The translations under genes and the position numbers were made by a program. From the IMG/VR virus record IMGVR_UViG_3300032223_001943, positions 59,202 through 123,201 of that record: a DNA stretch of 64,000 bases; one strand, 5' to 3'. Under the pieces are notes generated by a model, which was not told where the DNA came from, did no database searches, and saw only the letters and a program-made list of their open reading frames with translations. Every line of letters starts with the position of its first letter. The first letter of the stretch is position 1. Of this stretch, positions 21,748-33,432 are shown piece after piece. This stretch comes from a virus.

Positions 21748-23082
21748 TCATTTATCAAACGTTACTTTGATTGGGCAAACTGGAATACCCTCTATCCCAT
21801 CAACAAATGCATTTGGGACTACTTTTCGTATGATGTTAAACGAACCGTTAACATCGGCGTTAATGGTTGTTTTTTCACCTTTTATTTTATATAAACCTCT
21901 ATGTTGTCTATAACCGGAAAAGTTATAAAGATTTTCATCATTTTCACCACCATATATCGGTATTTCATCCATATTCATGAAGCTAGCTTTACTAGTATAC
22001 GATTCTTCCGTTAAAATAACAATTAATCCATTAAGTTTGGCTTTGTATAATATTTGGTCAATTAATTTTGAAAATGGTATTGATACGAATGATTGATTGT
22101 TCTTTTTACCATTATTAACTCCTTGTTTCCAAAATTTATTTTTACCAACACATATTGTTTTAATTTCATTATTTAAACAAAAATCAATTAAATAATTTGA
22201 TGTTTGATGAAAATATTTCTCTATTTTACCATTGCGTTTATTAGTTAATTGATTAATTTTTTTTGAATGTTTAACTTGTTTTGAACCTTCTTTACCATAG
22301 TTAAGTTTATATTCATCTAATTCTACTTTAGATTTATTTGGCAATTCCGACATTAATTTAGATTTGGTTTTATTATAAAATTGGTTAATTGATTTAATTG
22401 GTCTACCGTTAATAAGTACAGGTCTTACCCCCTTTTTATTTGATGTTATAGTTATTAAATTATTAACACCCAAATCCACACCAACGTATGAATTATCTGG
22501 AAAATCTACTTCATAATTTTCTTGTTTTTCATATACAATTTCTATTTTATATTCGATTTTATTAATCGGAACTATTCGTACCTGATTCAATTTATTTGTA
22601 TTATTTATAAATGGTATTATTAAATTTGTTTTTGACAATTTAACTTGTTTATGCTTTTTAAGATAAGGTTTAGATATTGCACCCAATTCATACTCCAACA
22701 TAACCCTACCATTTAATTTATTTTTATAATTAGGTAAACTAGGTTTACCGGTATATTTGTGAGGATTTTTCTTCCAATCTTTTATTGACTTAAAAAATGA
22801 TTTCCAATTCTTATCTAATTTCATTAAAACTAAACTAGACACTTTAGCTGGTAATGACTTATAATTTTCATCCGACTTTAGAATTTTTTTTAAGTCATAA
22901 TAACCGAAATATATTGCATGGTCACACTTCCCTTCTTCTTTTAATTTAGAAGTCTCAATGAATGTTTGTCTAACAATAAAATTAGCTCTATTATATAAAT
23001 TTTTACCCAAAAAACATAGATTATCTATTTCCTTAAAAAAAGGATTATTATTGTCAATAATATGTTTTTCGATTAAAATCAT
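21748..23082 (-). CDS. tnpB: TnpB nuclease, rearranged-RuvC type without zinc ribbon
   Basis: GVDLGVNN (RuvC-I), ICVGKN at the canonical RuvC-II position, TEESYTSK, NADVNG (RuvC-III). Confidence 0.9.
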   Translation of the reverse strand: MILIEKHIIDNNNPFFKEIDNLCFLGKNLYNRANFIVRQTFIETSKLKEEGKCDHAIYFGYYDLKKILKSDENYKSLPAKVSSLVLMKLDKNWKSFFKSIKDWKKNPHKYTGKPSLPNYKNKLNGRVMLEYELGAISKPYLKKHKQVKLSKTNLIIPFINNTNKLNQVRIVPINKIEYKIEIVYEKQENYEVDFPDNSYVGVDLGVNNLITITSNKKGVRPVLINGRPIKSINQFYNKTKSKLMSELPNKSKVELDEYKLNYGKEGSKQVKHSKKINQLTNKRNGKIEKYFHQTSNYLIDFCLNNEIKTICVGKNKFWKQGVNNGKKNNQSFVSIPFSKLIDQILYKAKLNGLIVILTEESYTSKASFMNMDEIPIYGGENDENLYNFSGYRQHRGLYKIKGEKTTINADVNGSFNIIRKVVPNAFVDGIEGIPVCPIKVTFDK

Positions 23083-23089
23083 TATTTTT

Positions 23090-23641
23090 CTAAAAACTCA
23101 ATAATATCTTGTTTGTTTTTCTTAAACCATACATCCTAGCCGAAAATGAATAAATTATAGAAACTAAATCCTGAATTAAATCCGTCTTATCATCATCTGT
23201 TCGATTAACAACTATTATTTCTTTATCGTTATTATTCAATAAAGTTTCAATATAATTAAATCCGAATCTAGTTAAACGATCTTTATTTTCGACCAAAAGA
23301 ATATCATAATTGTTTTGTTTAAGTATTTTGGTTAATTTTTTTCTATTATCATTCAAACCTGAACCAATTTCTTTTATATTATCAATAATTGTATAACCAT
23401 TATTAATCGCGTAATTGGTTAATCTTTCAGATTGTCTTTCTAAATTATCCTTCATAGATGATGTAGAAACTCTAGAATAAATTATTACGTTATTCTTCTT
23501 TTCAAGTTTATTAATTGGTATTAATACATGATTAGTTTCGTCAATGAATGCACCCTTAATCTTACCCTTCTTAAAACGATTCCAAGCGGTTCGATAAGTG
23601 ACGTTAAATTTTTTGGCATAATCCGATAATTTATAATACAT
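23090..23641 (-). CDS. tnpA: IS607 serine transposase
   Basis: N-terminal HTH, YSRVST, EIGSGLN, ENKDRLTRFG. Confidence 0.95.
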   Translation of the reverse strand: MYYKLSDYAKKFNVTYRTAWNRFKKGKIKGAFIDETNHVLIPINKLEKKNNVIIYSRVSTSSMKDNLERQSERLTNYAINNGYTIIDNIKEIGSGLNDNRKKLTKILKQNNYDILLVENKDRLTRFGFNYIETLLNNNDKEIIVVNRTDDDKTDLIQDLVSIIYSFSARMYGLRKTNKILLSF

Positions 23642-24421
23642 AAACTTGTTTTCATATAAATATACTGTAAGTGTATAAAAAGTATAGAAAATATAAAATA
23701 TTTTTACAATATTTTTCTATTATTTATTAACACTAGTTATACCACCCTTAATAAAAAAAGTGGGGATCGGACCAATAATACTATTATTGGTGGGGTTAAA
23801 TGTATTTTCGAATTAACTTAAAGATTTCATTAATATCACTAAATTCTATTTCACCATCTGGACGTACCGGAATAAACGCCAATGTAAATCCGTGATTTCC
23901 GGAGAAGGTTTCAACAACTCGTTTGTTATTGATATAATCAATATAAATCCAGGGGTAGTTTGATGATAAAACAACATCAATACCAACCTTTTTCATCCGT
24001 TCAATAAATATTGTTATTTTATTTTCCATTTTTCAAATCTTCGTTTAATTATTTCTTCTAACTTATCGGTGATTTCTTTTTCTGTCTCGTCATCGAGGTT
24101 AAACCACCAATCATCGAATCCACCTCTATCACATAATGTATCAATGATTTCACCAACACATTTTTTAATCTCACTTTTATTCATCATTCCACCATTTTGA
24201 ATGTTGTTGATTTAACACTATTTTTATATTTTTGAGATTCTAAATCTTTATCTATCTCAATTGCTGACAATGCACCTTCTTCAGTTAGATATAAAATATT
24301 ATTAATGTTTTCCCAAACAATTCTTGGTCTTTTAATCCAGCCACCATTAATTTCCATTTTCATAACTTGAGCAACATATCGTTTCTCACCGTTATTTAAT
24401 TCATCAATTCTAATTCTATAT

Positions 24422-24796
24422 CTACTCATCATTAAAATGTTTCTCAAAATAAAATATAACTTTATTTTCTGTTACATTCAATAGACCATAATCTTTTGCT
24501 AATCTAAAGTTAGGTGTGTCACGTTCCAATCTGTTTATGGAATTTTGAACCACTTCTCTAAACATTTCTAAAGAAAAGGTTGATTTCCATTTATTACATC
24601 TAACACAAGATGGATTTAAATTATCCATATCGTCAGTTCCTCGTTCAACACCCCAAACAACAAGTGTTTCATCTTTATCATTACGATATAATGGTTTTAC
24701 GTGGTCCACTTGCATTTCCTTTATGGTAATATTTTTACCACAATAAGCACAGTGTCCCGAACATTTATTGTAAACATCAACCCGATTAATTTTCAT
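24422..24796 (-). CDS. HNH endonuclease
   Basis: CAYCG...VDHVKP...NLNPSCVRCNKWK. Confidence 0.85.
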   Translation of the reverse strand: MKINRVDVYNKCSGHCAYCGKNITIKEMQVDHVKPLYRNDKDETLVVWGVERGTDDMDNLNPSCVRCNKWKSTFSLEMFREVVQNSINRLERDTPNFRLAKDYGLLNVTENKVIFYFEKHFNDE

Positions 24797-25313
24797 TTTA
24801 TATAAGTTTCATCTTTTAATGTACATAAATTACCACCTGTTCTTGGTAGTTCGGTTCTACTCCACCAAAATATTTTTTATATAAGTCCTTAAATAGATTC
24901 ATGTTGTGATATATTTTTATTAGTTAATTCTTCCAGGTGGGGTTGGTTTTCCAATTTTTCTATTACGATGTTAATTGCGTCATGATGTTTTATCTCGTTT
25001 GAAAATTCAATACCGACAAGACCTATTACTTCATTATTAATGTAATGTCTGAATTTACCTTGTTGTTTATTCACTTCCCAGTCCATCGATACATCATTCG
25101 CGTGATCTAATACCGCTTTATACCCTCCATCATTTTCATACCACAAACGAATGATATTATTATGACTAAATTGTTTAATAAATTCCCCTAATTTCATAAA
25201 ATTTCTTTTCTTCAAACATAAACAAAAAATTTTATAAAAAAAAACGATACAAAAAAGATATTAAAAATATTCATTTATATAGAAAAACTGTGATTTGGAA
25301 TAATATCGGATAA

Positions 25314-25724
25314 TTAAACGAAATCATAATGAAAATCCTGAAGATCATGACGGAAATCAATATCCCAATAAGTGTTGGGGGGTAACTTATAAAATTCGAC
25401 AAACCAATTCTTTAATATCTGAACAGTAGAAAAGAAATCAAGTTCCTTTATGTAAGAAAAATACGTCCAGATTTCTTGATAGTTAAACATAACCGAACAA
25501 ACCTCTGGACGATATCTAAACATGATTTCATTATTTTCACTAACCCAAATAATTACGGAATCATCTGAATTGGTTAATTTCCTTAAATCCTTGAAGTTAT
25601 TCATAAATTCAAAATGATTGTTATAGACTTCATTAATGATATCTTTACCGAATAAATCAATTGAAGAATTTAATCCAATTTTTTTAATCGACAATTTTAT
25701 CCTAGTTTTTAGATTATCATCCAT
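25314..25724 (-). CDS. Paralogue family A protein
   Basis: RIKLSIKKIGLNSSIDLFG...IWTYF. Confidence 0.6.
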   Translation of the reverse strand: MDDNLKTRIKLSIKKIGLNSSIDLFGKDIINEVYNNHFEFMNNFKDLRKLTNSDDSVIIWVSENNEIMFRYRPEVCSVMFNYQEIWTYFSYIKELDFFSTVQILKNWFVEFYKLPPNTYWDIDFRHDLQDFHYDFV

Positions 25725-26668
25725 TGAGTTATCTTAATCTTTTGAAATGTTTATAAACCAAACTACCACAAACAATAGGGGGTATTAGTGGGGACGTAAC
25801 GAGTCTATAAAAACAGTTTCTATATCTAGTTCTTTTTAATAATCTTTATGATCACCCCAGAACCAATGGTATGTAATACAATCACGAGGGACTTCAATTT
25901 CCTCAGATTCATCACATACTTCTGTTTTAATAGTATTCCATCTTTTACCATAATATCGTTCACTAGTTTCTATATGTGATTTTACACAAACATGGTCAAT
26001 ATATGAACAACCTTCAGTTCTTGTGGCATGTTCATGTACATAAAGAATATACATTACACATATAAGTATCATTAGTAAAAAACCACCAAACCAATGTTCA
26101 TCAATAAATTTTTTCATCATCTTATATTAATTTATCTACGATTCTACTTCCGACAGCATAGATAAATATTAATCCGAATATGATTGCCACTAATAATATC
26201 ACCGCAATACATCCTCTTAAAAAAACCTCGACAGTATCAACATATAGTTCACCTTTAGTTTGCCACTTACCTAATCCGTATATTATTGCGAGAGGTATTG
26301 CTACGGCTAACAATCATTTGTAGTTTCTACTTTAATTCTATATTTCATATATTAATCTTTATAATTCGAACCAAATGTTGGTTTAAAAGTAAAATTAACC
26401 CAAATTTTACAAACAATCAAGTTGAGACCAACGTAGTAATCATTAACCATATTATCCACGTTGAAGGTATTCTTTACAGTTTCACTGTTGTCCGATCCTT
26501 TTTTAACGACACCAACAACTTTATCTTTCTTAAACCAGATACCCAACGATAATTCTTTTCTTAACTTGTTCGCGTCGTAATTATCTAAAATAGATTTACT
26601 ACCTTTTTCCCAGCGATGTCTTAACACAAATGTGAATTGAGACCCACCGATTTTTATTTTTTTTGAAC

Positions 26669-27088
26669 TCATAACATTCCCTTCTCAAATTTAACAAATT
26701 GTATTAATGAATCAATTAATTCTGACTCCGCTTGTTCATATGTTCTATATAAAACAGAATATAATCCACCCCTCCATTCCCACTCTTTTTCAGTTAAATC
26801 ATTTGGATTACCTATAAATTGGGGATAACTGTAAACAAATTTTGGTTCGGTGGTTTGGTCAGTTAAAACTTCACCATATACTTGAAATTCGTCTCTAAAC
26901 CATTTTAACACCTGACTTTTCAATGGTGCGGATATATAAGTTCCATCACCAATTCCATTCGCATAGAATGTATGTTTACCGTCCGTTTTATATAATGAAC
27001 ATTCCATACCAAACCAGGAATATTCATCATATCCAATTTCTTTTAATTCTTTCGCTTGGTTATAACTCACAAAAAAATCTTTCATCAT
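26669..27088 (-). CDS. Paralogue family B hypothetical protein
   Basis: FVSYNQAKELKEIGYDE...APLKSQVLKWFRD...EQAESELID; paralogue of 41664-42038. Confidence 0.65.
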   Translation of the reverse strand: MMKDFFVSYNQAKELKEIGYDEYSWFGMECSLYKTDGKHTFYANGIGDGTYISAPLKSQVLKWFRDEFQVYGEVLTDQTTEPKFVYSYPQFIGNPNDLTEKEWEWRGGLYSVLYRTYEQAESELIDSLIQFVKFEKGML

Positions 27089-27477
27089 TTAATTAATAAA
27101 TTTAATAATAGTTGGGCTATAGTGAAACCAAGTACAAACATCAACAAACCAAACAATAACTTATTCATGATTTATCCAATATCTTAATTAATTTCTTTAA
27201 TGCTTTTAACTCACCATGGGTCAATGAAAATTGTTTTTCACTAATGGTTATATCATACCCATCCAAATTCACCCATTCGGTTATTTCAATAAAATCACCA
27301 GGTTTTGATAAATAACAAAAATCCATCAAATCACAATTTATGGATCTTCGTTCTTTTATTTCGCAGTTAATACCCTTTTTCATAATCATAAATCTTTAAT
27401 TAATAACAAATATAATAAAAAACCCCCAAACAAAAAAGAATGGGGCTGAAAAAATATATTTATTTATAATAATTGAT

Positions 27478-28251
27478 TCATATATCTTTTGGTAACTTGG
27501 TATCTTTAATAAATTTATCGTGGGACTTTTTATAGGATGATAGTTTTTCATCATTAACGTCCTTGGTGAATTGCCAGTTCCAATAAAAATCATCATTTGG
27601 TTTAAAACCATAAAATTCATGAACCTTCTTTTGAACCTCGGTTACATTTTCACCATTCCAGTTTTGTCCGACACATATAAAACCGGATTCAATATCTTTA
27701 ACAAGATTGGATTCACCCAATGTTGAATGACGATTCTCAATCCAAGTTAATCGTTCAATTAAATTTTGGTAATACATATTTGTTTGTCCCCATCTTACGG
27801 AACTAAAGAATATAACGGCATCAGATTCGAATAGTTCTTTAGAGATTTTCCATAACTCATCTGACTTATTGTTAAGACTTGCCCAACATCTATGATTACC
27901 TGATGGGTTCTTATCTTTATCTTTAAGCATCGCTTTCATTAGCCCACAAGAATTCCCATCTTTTCTTGATACATTTCCTTCACAAGGGAATATTTTAAGT
28001 TCGGGAACATCAATTAATACCGACTTATCCCCCAATTGATCATGAAGATACATGGCCAACATTGTTGATTTTGGAATATCGATATCTTTATCATCCCAAT
28101 TGAATCTATTGGAACAACTCAATAATAAAACCTTTTTCTTATCCTTAAGACCATCCAAGGTTTTCTTTAATGTTTTCCAAGCATCCGATTGGACCATTTC
28201 CTCGGAGATCATCATTTGTTTTATTCTATATATGTTTTCTTGTAGGTTCAT
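27478..28251 (-). CDS. Flavodoxin-like/NADPH-dependent FMN reductase family protein with leader
   Basis: VLLLSCSNR, IFPCEG..SC..HRCW, ESDAVIFFSSVRWG, LIERL; start moved to MNLQENIYRIKQMMISEE at 28251. Confidence 0.7.
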   Translation of the reverse strand: MNLQENIYRIKQMMISEEMVQSDAWKTLKKTLDGLKDKKKVLLLSCSNRFNWDDKDIDIPKSTMLAMYLHDQLGDKSVLIDVPELKIFPCEGNVSRKDGNSCGLMKAMLKDKDKNPSGNHRCWASLNNKSDELWKISKELFESDAVIFFSSVRWGQTNMYYQNLIERLTWIENRHSTLGESNLVKDIESGFICVGQNWNGENVTEVQKKVHEFYGFKPNDDFYWNWQFTKDVNDEKLSSYKKSHDKFIKDTKLPKDI

Positions 28252-28309
28252 ATTAATAAATATCTTAAAATAAAAATCCCCCCAATAAAAACCGGGGGGA
28301 TAAATAATC

Positions 28310-28651
28310 TTACCACTTGCGTTTATCAATTAAATGACCGGTGTCATCCCATTGTTTTCCTTTTCGTTTTTCACCATGGATATATAACACCTCGAAGATT
28401 TTTCTTCCGGAATCATTATAACAATACCAATAACCATCCTTAATACCGTGGGAATATGATCCAATACCAATAACCACCCCCAATGCATTATATTGGGTCC
28501 ATATGGAATCCTTTTTACCATCCTGGTCCAAATAACCAATTTGTTCAATGATATTATTACTATCCTTCATAATAACCATTGTTACTTCTTCTTGTGATAA
28601 TGAAATATAACCAAGAAGAATAAACACCAAACACATAATATATCTTTTCAT
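28310..28651 (-). CDS. MORN-variant/YwqK-repeat protein, secreted
   Basis: Repeats GKKDSIWTQY, GIKDGYWYCY, GEKRKGKQW; signal peptide. Confidence 0.7.
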   Translation of the reverse strand: MKRYIMCLVFILLGYISLSQEEVTMVIMKDSNNIIEQIGYLDQDGKKDSIWTQYNALGVVIGIGSYSHGIKDGYWYCYNDSGRKIFEVLYIHGEKRKGKQWDDTGHLIDKRKW

Positions 28652-29016
28652 AACATTACTTTATTATTAAATATATTAATAAAACGTTAATAAATCAAAT
28701 TTCACCCCATTTACCGAAAATTTAATATACGTATTGGTATGAAAACATTAGTATTAGCATTGATGATCAAGATCTGGTTTTTGGATATACAAACCAATGA
28801 TACATTACCAGCAGTTAAAGTAACAACAGATAAAAATACTTATTACGCAAATTTGGATGGATACGTCAACATACCAAAAGATGAAAAAATTATAAAGATA
28901 TCCCACAACGCATATAAAACCATGGATGATATCAAAATAGAAAATGATACAACGATATTATTAAAATAATACCGAACAAAAAGAAGAATTGAAAAAATAT
29001 CTTTTTTTATATCCCA

Positions 29017-29805
29017 TTAATACATTTTTCCACCCAATAATCCTTCCCGATACATTCGGGTTTTAATTGCCCGAACCCATTTTCTTAAATGACCATAATC
29101 GGAGGATCTTAAATTGTTATATATATTATTAAGGGTGGGGGATAGTTTCAACAGATCGTTAAATGATAATATATCCCATTCATCCTTATGTTTATTATAT
29201 AGTTGTTTTATATTATGGATTTGTCCTTGAATTTCCATCTTGGACATATCAACGGGAATTCCCCCAAGATTTCTGTTATTTAATTTGGTTTGTTTGTCAA
29301 TTCTTTTTTTGATATGTTTGTTATGCAATGTATCATCAATCCAATGGGCCAATTCATGATGAATGGAACCCTTAATCTTTGTTTCCCCAAATTCTTTTGG
29401 GAACATTTCCCTTTGTCCGGGATTGTCCAATGAAATGGTGGCAAGTTCAAAATCACCATCATGTTGATTAAGCCATTTTAATGCATATGTATTAATTCCA
29501 AAACCAATCTTATTATCGTTTGGTGAATAATAATTCCCACCAAGGTTTCTATTGTTTATAATAATTTCACATGGGTTTAGTTTATGGACCTCCCTTGCCT
29601 GATCCCCAACCAAATCCGCGGTGGTCATCATCCCAATCTTGGTGTCAAACATATCACCGGAAACCATATTTGTTTTATGTAACTTTTCAATATCATCCCT
29701 AAAGAATTTATCATATATCATATTAACATCCAAATCAACGTCGGTTAATCGTTCATTTAATAATTCTTCCCTTAATATTCTTCGTATATTTTCTTGTAAA
29801 CCCAT
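29017..29805 (-). CDS. HExxH zincin-like protein with MGLQENIRRILREE leader
   Basis: SIHHELAHWID and downstream MEIQG; leader family. Confidence 0.55.
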   Translation of the reverse strand: MGLQENIRRILREELLNERLTDVDLDVNMIYDKFFRDDIEKLHKTNMVSGDMFDTKIGMMTTADLVGDQAREVHKLNPCEIIINNRNLGGNYYSPNDNKIGFGINTYALKWLNQHDGDFELATISLDNPGQREMFPKEFGETKIKGSIHHELAHWIDDTLHNKHIKKRIDKQTKLNNRNLGGIPVDMSKMEIQGQIHNIKQLYNKHKDEWDILSFNDLLKLSPTLNNIYNNLRSSDYGHLRKWVRAIKTRMYREGLLGGKMY

Positions 29806-30485
29806 ATTAATAAATATATCAAAATAAAAATCCGGGGGAAACTAAACATGAATGAACACAACGCCACAATCATTACCCAACAATGAATATAACATATTCT
29901 CATGTTCCCGATTAAACCACTTTAATAATAGTTCCTTATACTCATCACCAAATACATACCTCAACGAACGATACTTATTAATAAAATTAATGGATGATAC
30001 ATCACCCCCATGAATGATAACCGATCCAATATAACAGTTTTCATAACTCATTGCATATACCCTGGACACACCACCAGTATCGAAATATAATTTCCCATCC
30101 AATAACTCAGGATAATTGTATTGAATATATCTACCCAATATATTAATTAATTTATCTTCCATATTACCACAACATCATATCTTCATACATAACCTCCAAT
30201 TCGGGGGTGGGATATTCATCATCAAAACAATCACCATACATCCAACCACTATCATCACGATAATATTCAACCAACTCACCATTGATCCTCCATTGAATAC
30301 TTATAACACCAGCATCATGTTTTTCATATCTTGTATAAACAACCCCACGATGTTCAATAACCTCTTCAATAACTTTAGTAATCGTTTTCATAATATAATT
30401 CTTAATAAACACAAATATATATAATATCCTTGAATATACCAAAAACAAAAAACCCCATCACTAATAAAAGAATGGGGTTTAAATA

Positions 30486-30935
30486 TTATTCCGGGTTATA
30501 TCCCCATTCATGAATGCTATTCCCGTCGTTATATAATTCTTTGGCTCTAACAATCATTGAAATAACATCATATCCATCCAAATAAGCTGAACCATGTTCT
30601 TTGGCGTACCTCGGACTAATGGTTACCCAATCACCAGGATTAATCACATCAACCCCCCTTGGAACCGCACGATATATTTTAATTTTCCTATCCGGTTTAC
30701 CCTTGGCCATTCCAATAACCGTACATGAATATACATCATCCGCACCACCACCATGTCCGAAATATCTAACACAATTTCGTCCATATACATCATCACCAAA
30801 TGTATTCTCCAAATCATGCATTGGATCACCATCCTTATTGGGGGAAGTATGTGAACCTCGATAATCTTCCCTTATGACTTTCTTAACTATTCTAACCAAA
30901 TCATTCTCGGTTAATCTTATCACTTTTTTCATCAT
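30486..30935 (-). CDS. Putative ADP-ribosyltransferase-fold protein with leader
   Basis: IYRAVP...GDWVTISPRYAKEH...HEWGY (R-x-E layout); leader MKKVIRLTENDLVRIVKKVIRE. Confidence 0.45.
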   Translation of the reverse strand: MMKKVIRLTENDLVRIVKKVIREDYRGSHTSPNKDGDPMHDLENTFGDDVYGRNCVRYFGHGGGADDVYSCTVIGMAKGKPDRKIKIYRAVPRGVDVINPGDWVTISPRYAKEHGSAYLDGYDVISMIVRAKELYNDGNSIHEWGYNPE

Positions 30936-31343
30936 ACATAAATACCTTAAAATACAAAAACCCTATCCCAAAATATAATACAACATAAGTTTATACAACC
31001 CCTCCATTTTTCAAAATTTTTTACCAGAAATTTTTTTTTTGATTTTCACTTATTTTTAGAATGAAAAGTTTTTAACCAACATTATAAAACCCCCTTATAG
31101 TATGGGGGGGAATAAAAACCCAATTTTCAGAAAAAAAATAGTAGAAAATTTTTTTAAACAATGTACGAATTAATTCGGCTATCATGGCCCTATATAACAC
31201 TTCTGAAGCGGGGCGGAGTAAGGAAGGACCCCTAGCTTTAAGGTAGCCCGGGGGTCTATAACCCACTATCCCCACCCCACCTAATAAAAAAGATCTAGAA
31301 TAAGATAAGTCCCCCCTGGTAGAATAAACGACAATGTCAAGGG

Positions 31344-31421
31344 ATGTTGATAACTTTAATGTGAGTTAGGTTATGAACACGACAGTGTTGATAACTTTAA
31401 TGTGGGGGAAAGTTATTAACA
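31344..31421. repeat. Cluster of GTTATnAACA boxes in alternating orientation (block L)
   Basis: TGTTGATAAC 31345, GTTATGAACA 31370, TGTTGATAAC 31386, GTTATTAACA 31412. Confidence 0.8.
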
Positions 31422-31929
31422 TGACAGTGTGACATTGTTGTGGATCCGGTGGGGGATTTTACATCCCCACGAGTTGGGGGGGAATGAAATGACCTTATGA
31501 TCCCCCATTCAACGATAAAGGATTAGAAGTTAATCCCCCATTCAATTAATAACATTCCTGGGGGATATAGAATCCCCACGAGTTGGTGATCATCGATCCA
31601 TTCCAGATGTTGGGGGGGATATAAAATATATCTTCAATGAAATAACCATTGACAGTTATGGATGGAATATATATGATTGTTTTATTATGGGAATTATTAT
31701 ATTACTATTGGTTATTTTATTTGTTATGTTGATCTCTTGGTTTATGGAGGGATATTATGTTAATCGATATAACAATATGATCACCAGGTTCTGGAGGGAC
31801 CACGTTATCGGTGAGGATATTTGATAGGTTTCGTTTGATTTAAGATCATTTTATATGTTGGGTGGTATGTTTATATCATTTAATAATTTAACATACCTTA
31901 GAATTAATTAAAATAAATTTATAATATTA

Positions 31930-31961
31930 TTTGTTTTATTGGAAAAGATGTTATATATTTG
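31930..31961 (+). promoter_or_regulatory. Bacteroidota-type housekeeping promoter upstream of the RNA cluster
   Basis: TTTG (31930-33), 20-nt spacer, TATATTTG (31954-61); matches TTTG-N19-21-TAnnTTTG. Confidence 0.7.
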
Positions 31962-32120
31962 TTGAAGAAATAAGTTCATTGACATATTGGTTTGAGAATA
32001 AGATTAACCCCCTCGTTATTAATTAAGTTGGGGAATTTATATATACCGAACCTTAGGTTATCAATACGGGTTAGTACCTGTGGAGATAAGGGTGGACGAT
32101 CAGGAAAGACTGATAATTCT

Positions 32121-32201
32121 GAAGGGTGGTCGAGTGGTTAAAGGCGTTTGACTGTAAATCAAATCTCGTAAGAGTACGGGGGTCCAAATCCCTCCCCTTC
32201 A
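32121..32201 (+). tRNA. tRNA-Tyr(GTA)
   Basis: Acceptor GAAGGGT/CCCCTTC, anticodon arm TTTGA-CTGTAAA-TCAAA, long variable arm, T arm; no encoded CCA. Confidence 0.85.
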
Positions 32202-32218
32202 ACTGAATAATTATATAT

Positions 32219-32337
32219 GACCAGGTGGTGGAATGGATTGGGGAAACTCGGTCGTTGATAAACACACATATCCATACAGGGATGACGCGGCACTGTATTA
32301 CCGGGTCTTGCAAGTTTGAATCTTGCCCTGGTCACCA
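32219..32337 (+). ncRNA. tRNA-like RNA with enlarged D loop and non-canonical anticodon arm
   Basis: GACCAGG/CCTGGTC-ACCA acceptor, GCAAG-TTTGAAT-CTTGC T arm, ~20-nt insert in the D loop. Confidence 0.65.
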
Positions 32338-32919
32338 ATAACCCCACCGATTTATATAATGGGGGTTTTATATAAAAGAAATGGATGACCATGAAACGTA
32401 ACTAAATAAACTAAAAGTTCCCACGGTAGTACATGGATCAGGAACTTTATCTATTTCATTAATTAAACCCCCTCGTTATTATGAATGGGGGGAATTACAA
32501 CCACCAATTAAAATGGACAACAAACTCTTCACCGAGGAAAACCTTTAAACCAGATTCACAACTGTAAAGGTCGTTGAGTTGGGTAATATTAAATGTGAGT
32601 ATTACCTGTTGTCTTTTTATAATGGGGATAAACAGATTGACCCAAAGGCATGGGTGTGAATATAGTATAAGGAACGTAATGGTTCGAATCCTGTCCTGAA
32701 CCACTGGGAGGGTTTATAGTATTCTTGTTAATTGATCGAGGTGTTTTCCCTTTATAATGAAACCCAAATGAATTAACCCCGTTTTTGGTTGAGTGGTTAT
32801 GGAACCAAGGACTTTATATTGGAAAATGGTTTGTCCTAACAAAATCTATTTCTATGGTATAAGTGGGTTTGATCACCCCATCCATTAATTTGATTGATCA
32901 TCCCAAAGATCAATCCGGA

Positions 32920-33008
32920 ATATTGGGTAATGCGTAATGTGGAAATGGTTATCACATCCAACTAAAAAGGGTTGCATTGTTGGTGGTTCGAATCCACCCC
33001 CAATATCA
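32920..33008 (+). ncRNA. tRNA-like RNA with irregular D/anticodon region
   Basis: ATATTGG/CCAATAT acceptor, GGTGG-TTCGAAT-CCACC T arm, GTGG..TCAC D-like stem after a 12-nt insert. Confidence 0.55.
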
Positions 33009-33232
33009 AGCGGTTGTTTGAACTTGGAACTAGGACAACAACAATCATCGGATGAATCCAAGCGTCGTGGATGGTGGTGAAAGGAAGGTCAACTTTCAAG
33101 GTGGGGGTACCAAATGGATCAAATCCCCCACATTTTTATTCGGTATGGGTGTTAGAAATTAGATTCCCATGTGGTCCATCGTATATTCGTTATACAACGG
33201 ACGACTGACCTTAAAGAAGGCGACCGATTATA

Positions 33233-33306
33233 TGTGTTGTTCCCTTGAGATAGGAAAAAGATAGTACTTATAGACTCGTATAAGCAACACAGAGGCTCTT
33301 AACCTC
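33233..33306 (+). ncRNA. Three-way junction plus 3' hairpin with loop-loop pairing
   Basis: TGTGTTG/CAACACA, TTCC/GGAA, CTTATA/TATAAG, GAGG/CCTC; loops TTGAGA and TCTTAA are complementary with one G-U. Confidence 0.55.
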
Positions 33307-33432
33307 AAAAATATCAGTATCAAGAGGCAACATTAGGGGTGTCTGTATCTATTGTGCTGATGAAAAGTAGAGAGAACCGTTTATTTGCGGGTAACCATAA
33401 AATAGGCAAACGTCATACTCTACTTTTAAAAA

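Larger units (their letters stand above)
21705..23744 (-). mobile_element. IS607-family element 1
   Basis: tnpA+tnpB pair; CCA (TGG on the element strand) at both junctions, 21702-21704 and 23742-23744; removal restores hairpin ATCCCCAC-N14-GTGGGGAT. Confidence 0.85.

Noticed and set aside
31072-32704. ORFs 31072-31275, 32071-32313, 32159-32392 and 32495-32704
   Set aside because: Atypical composition; antisense to tRNA/structured RNA or within the non-coding block
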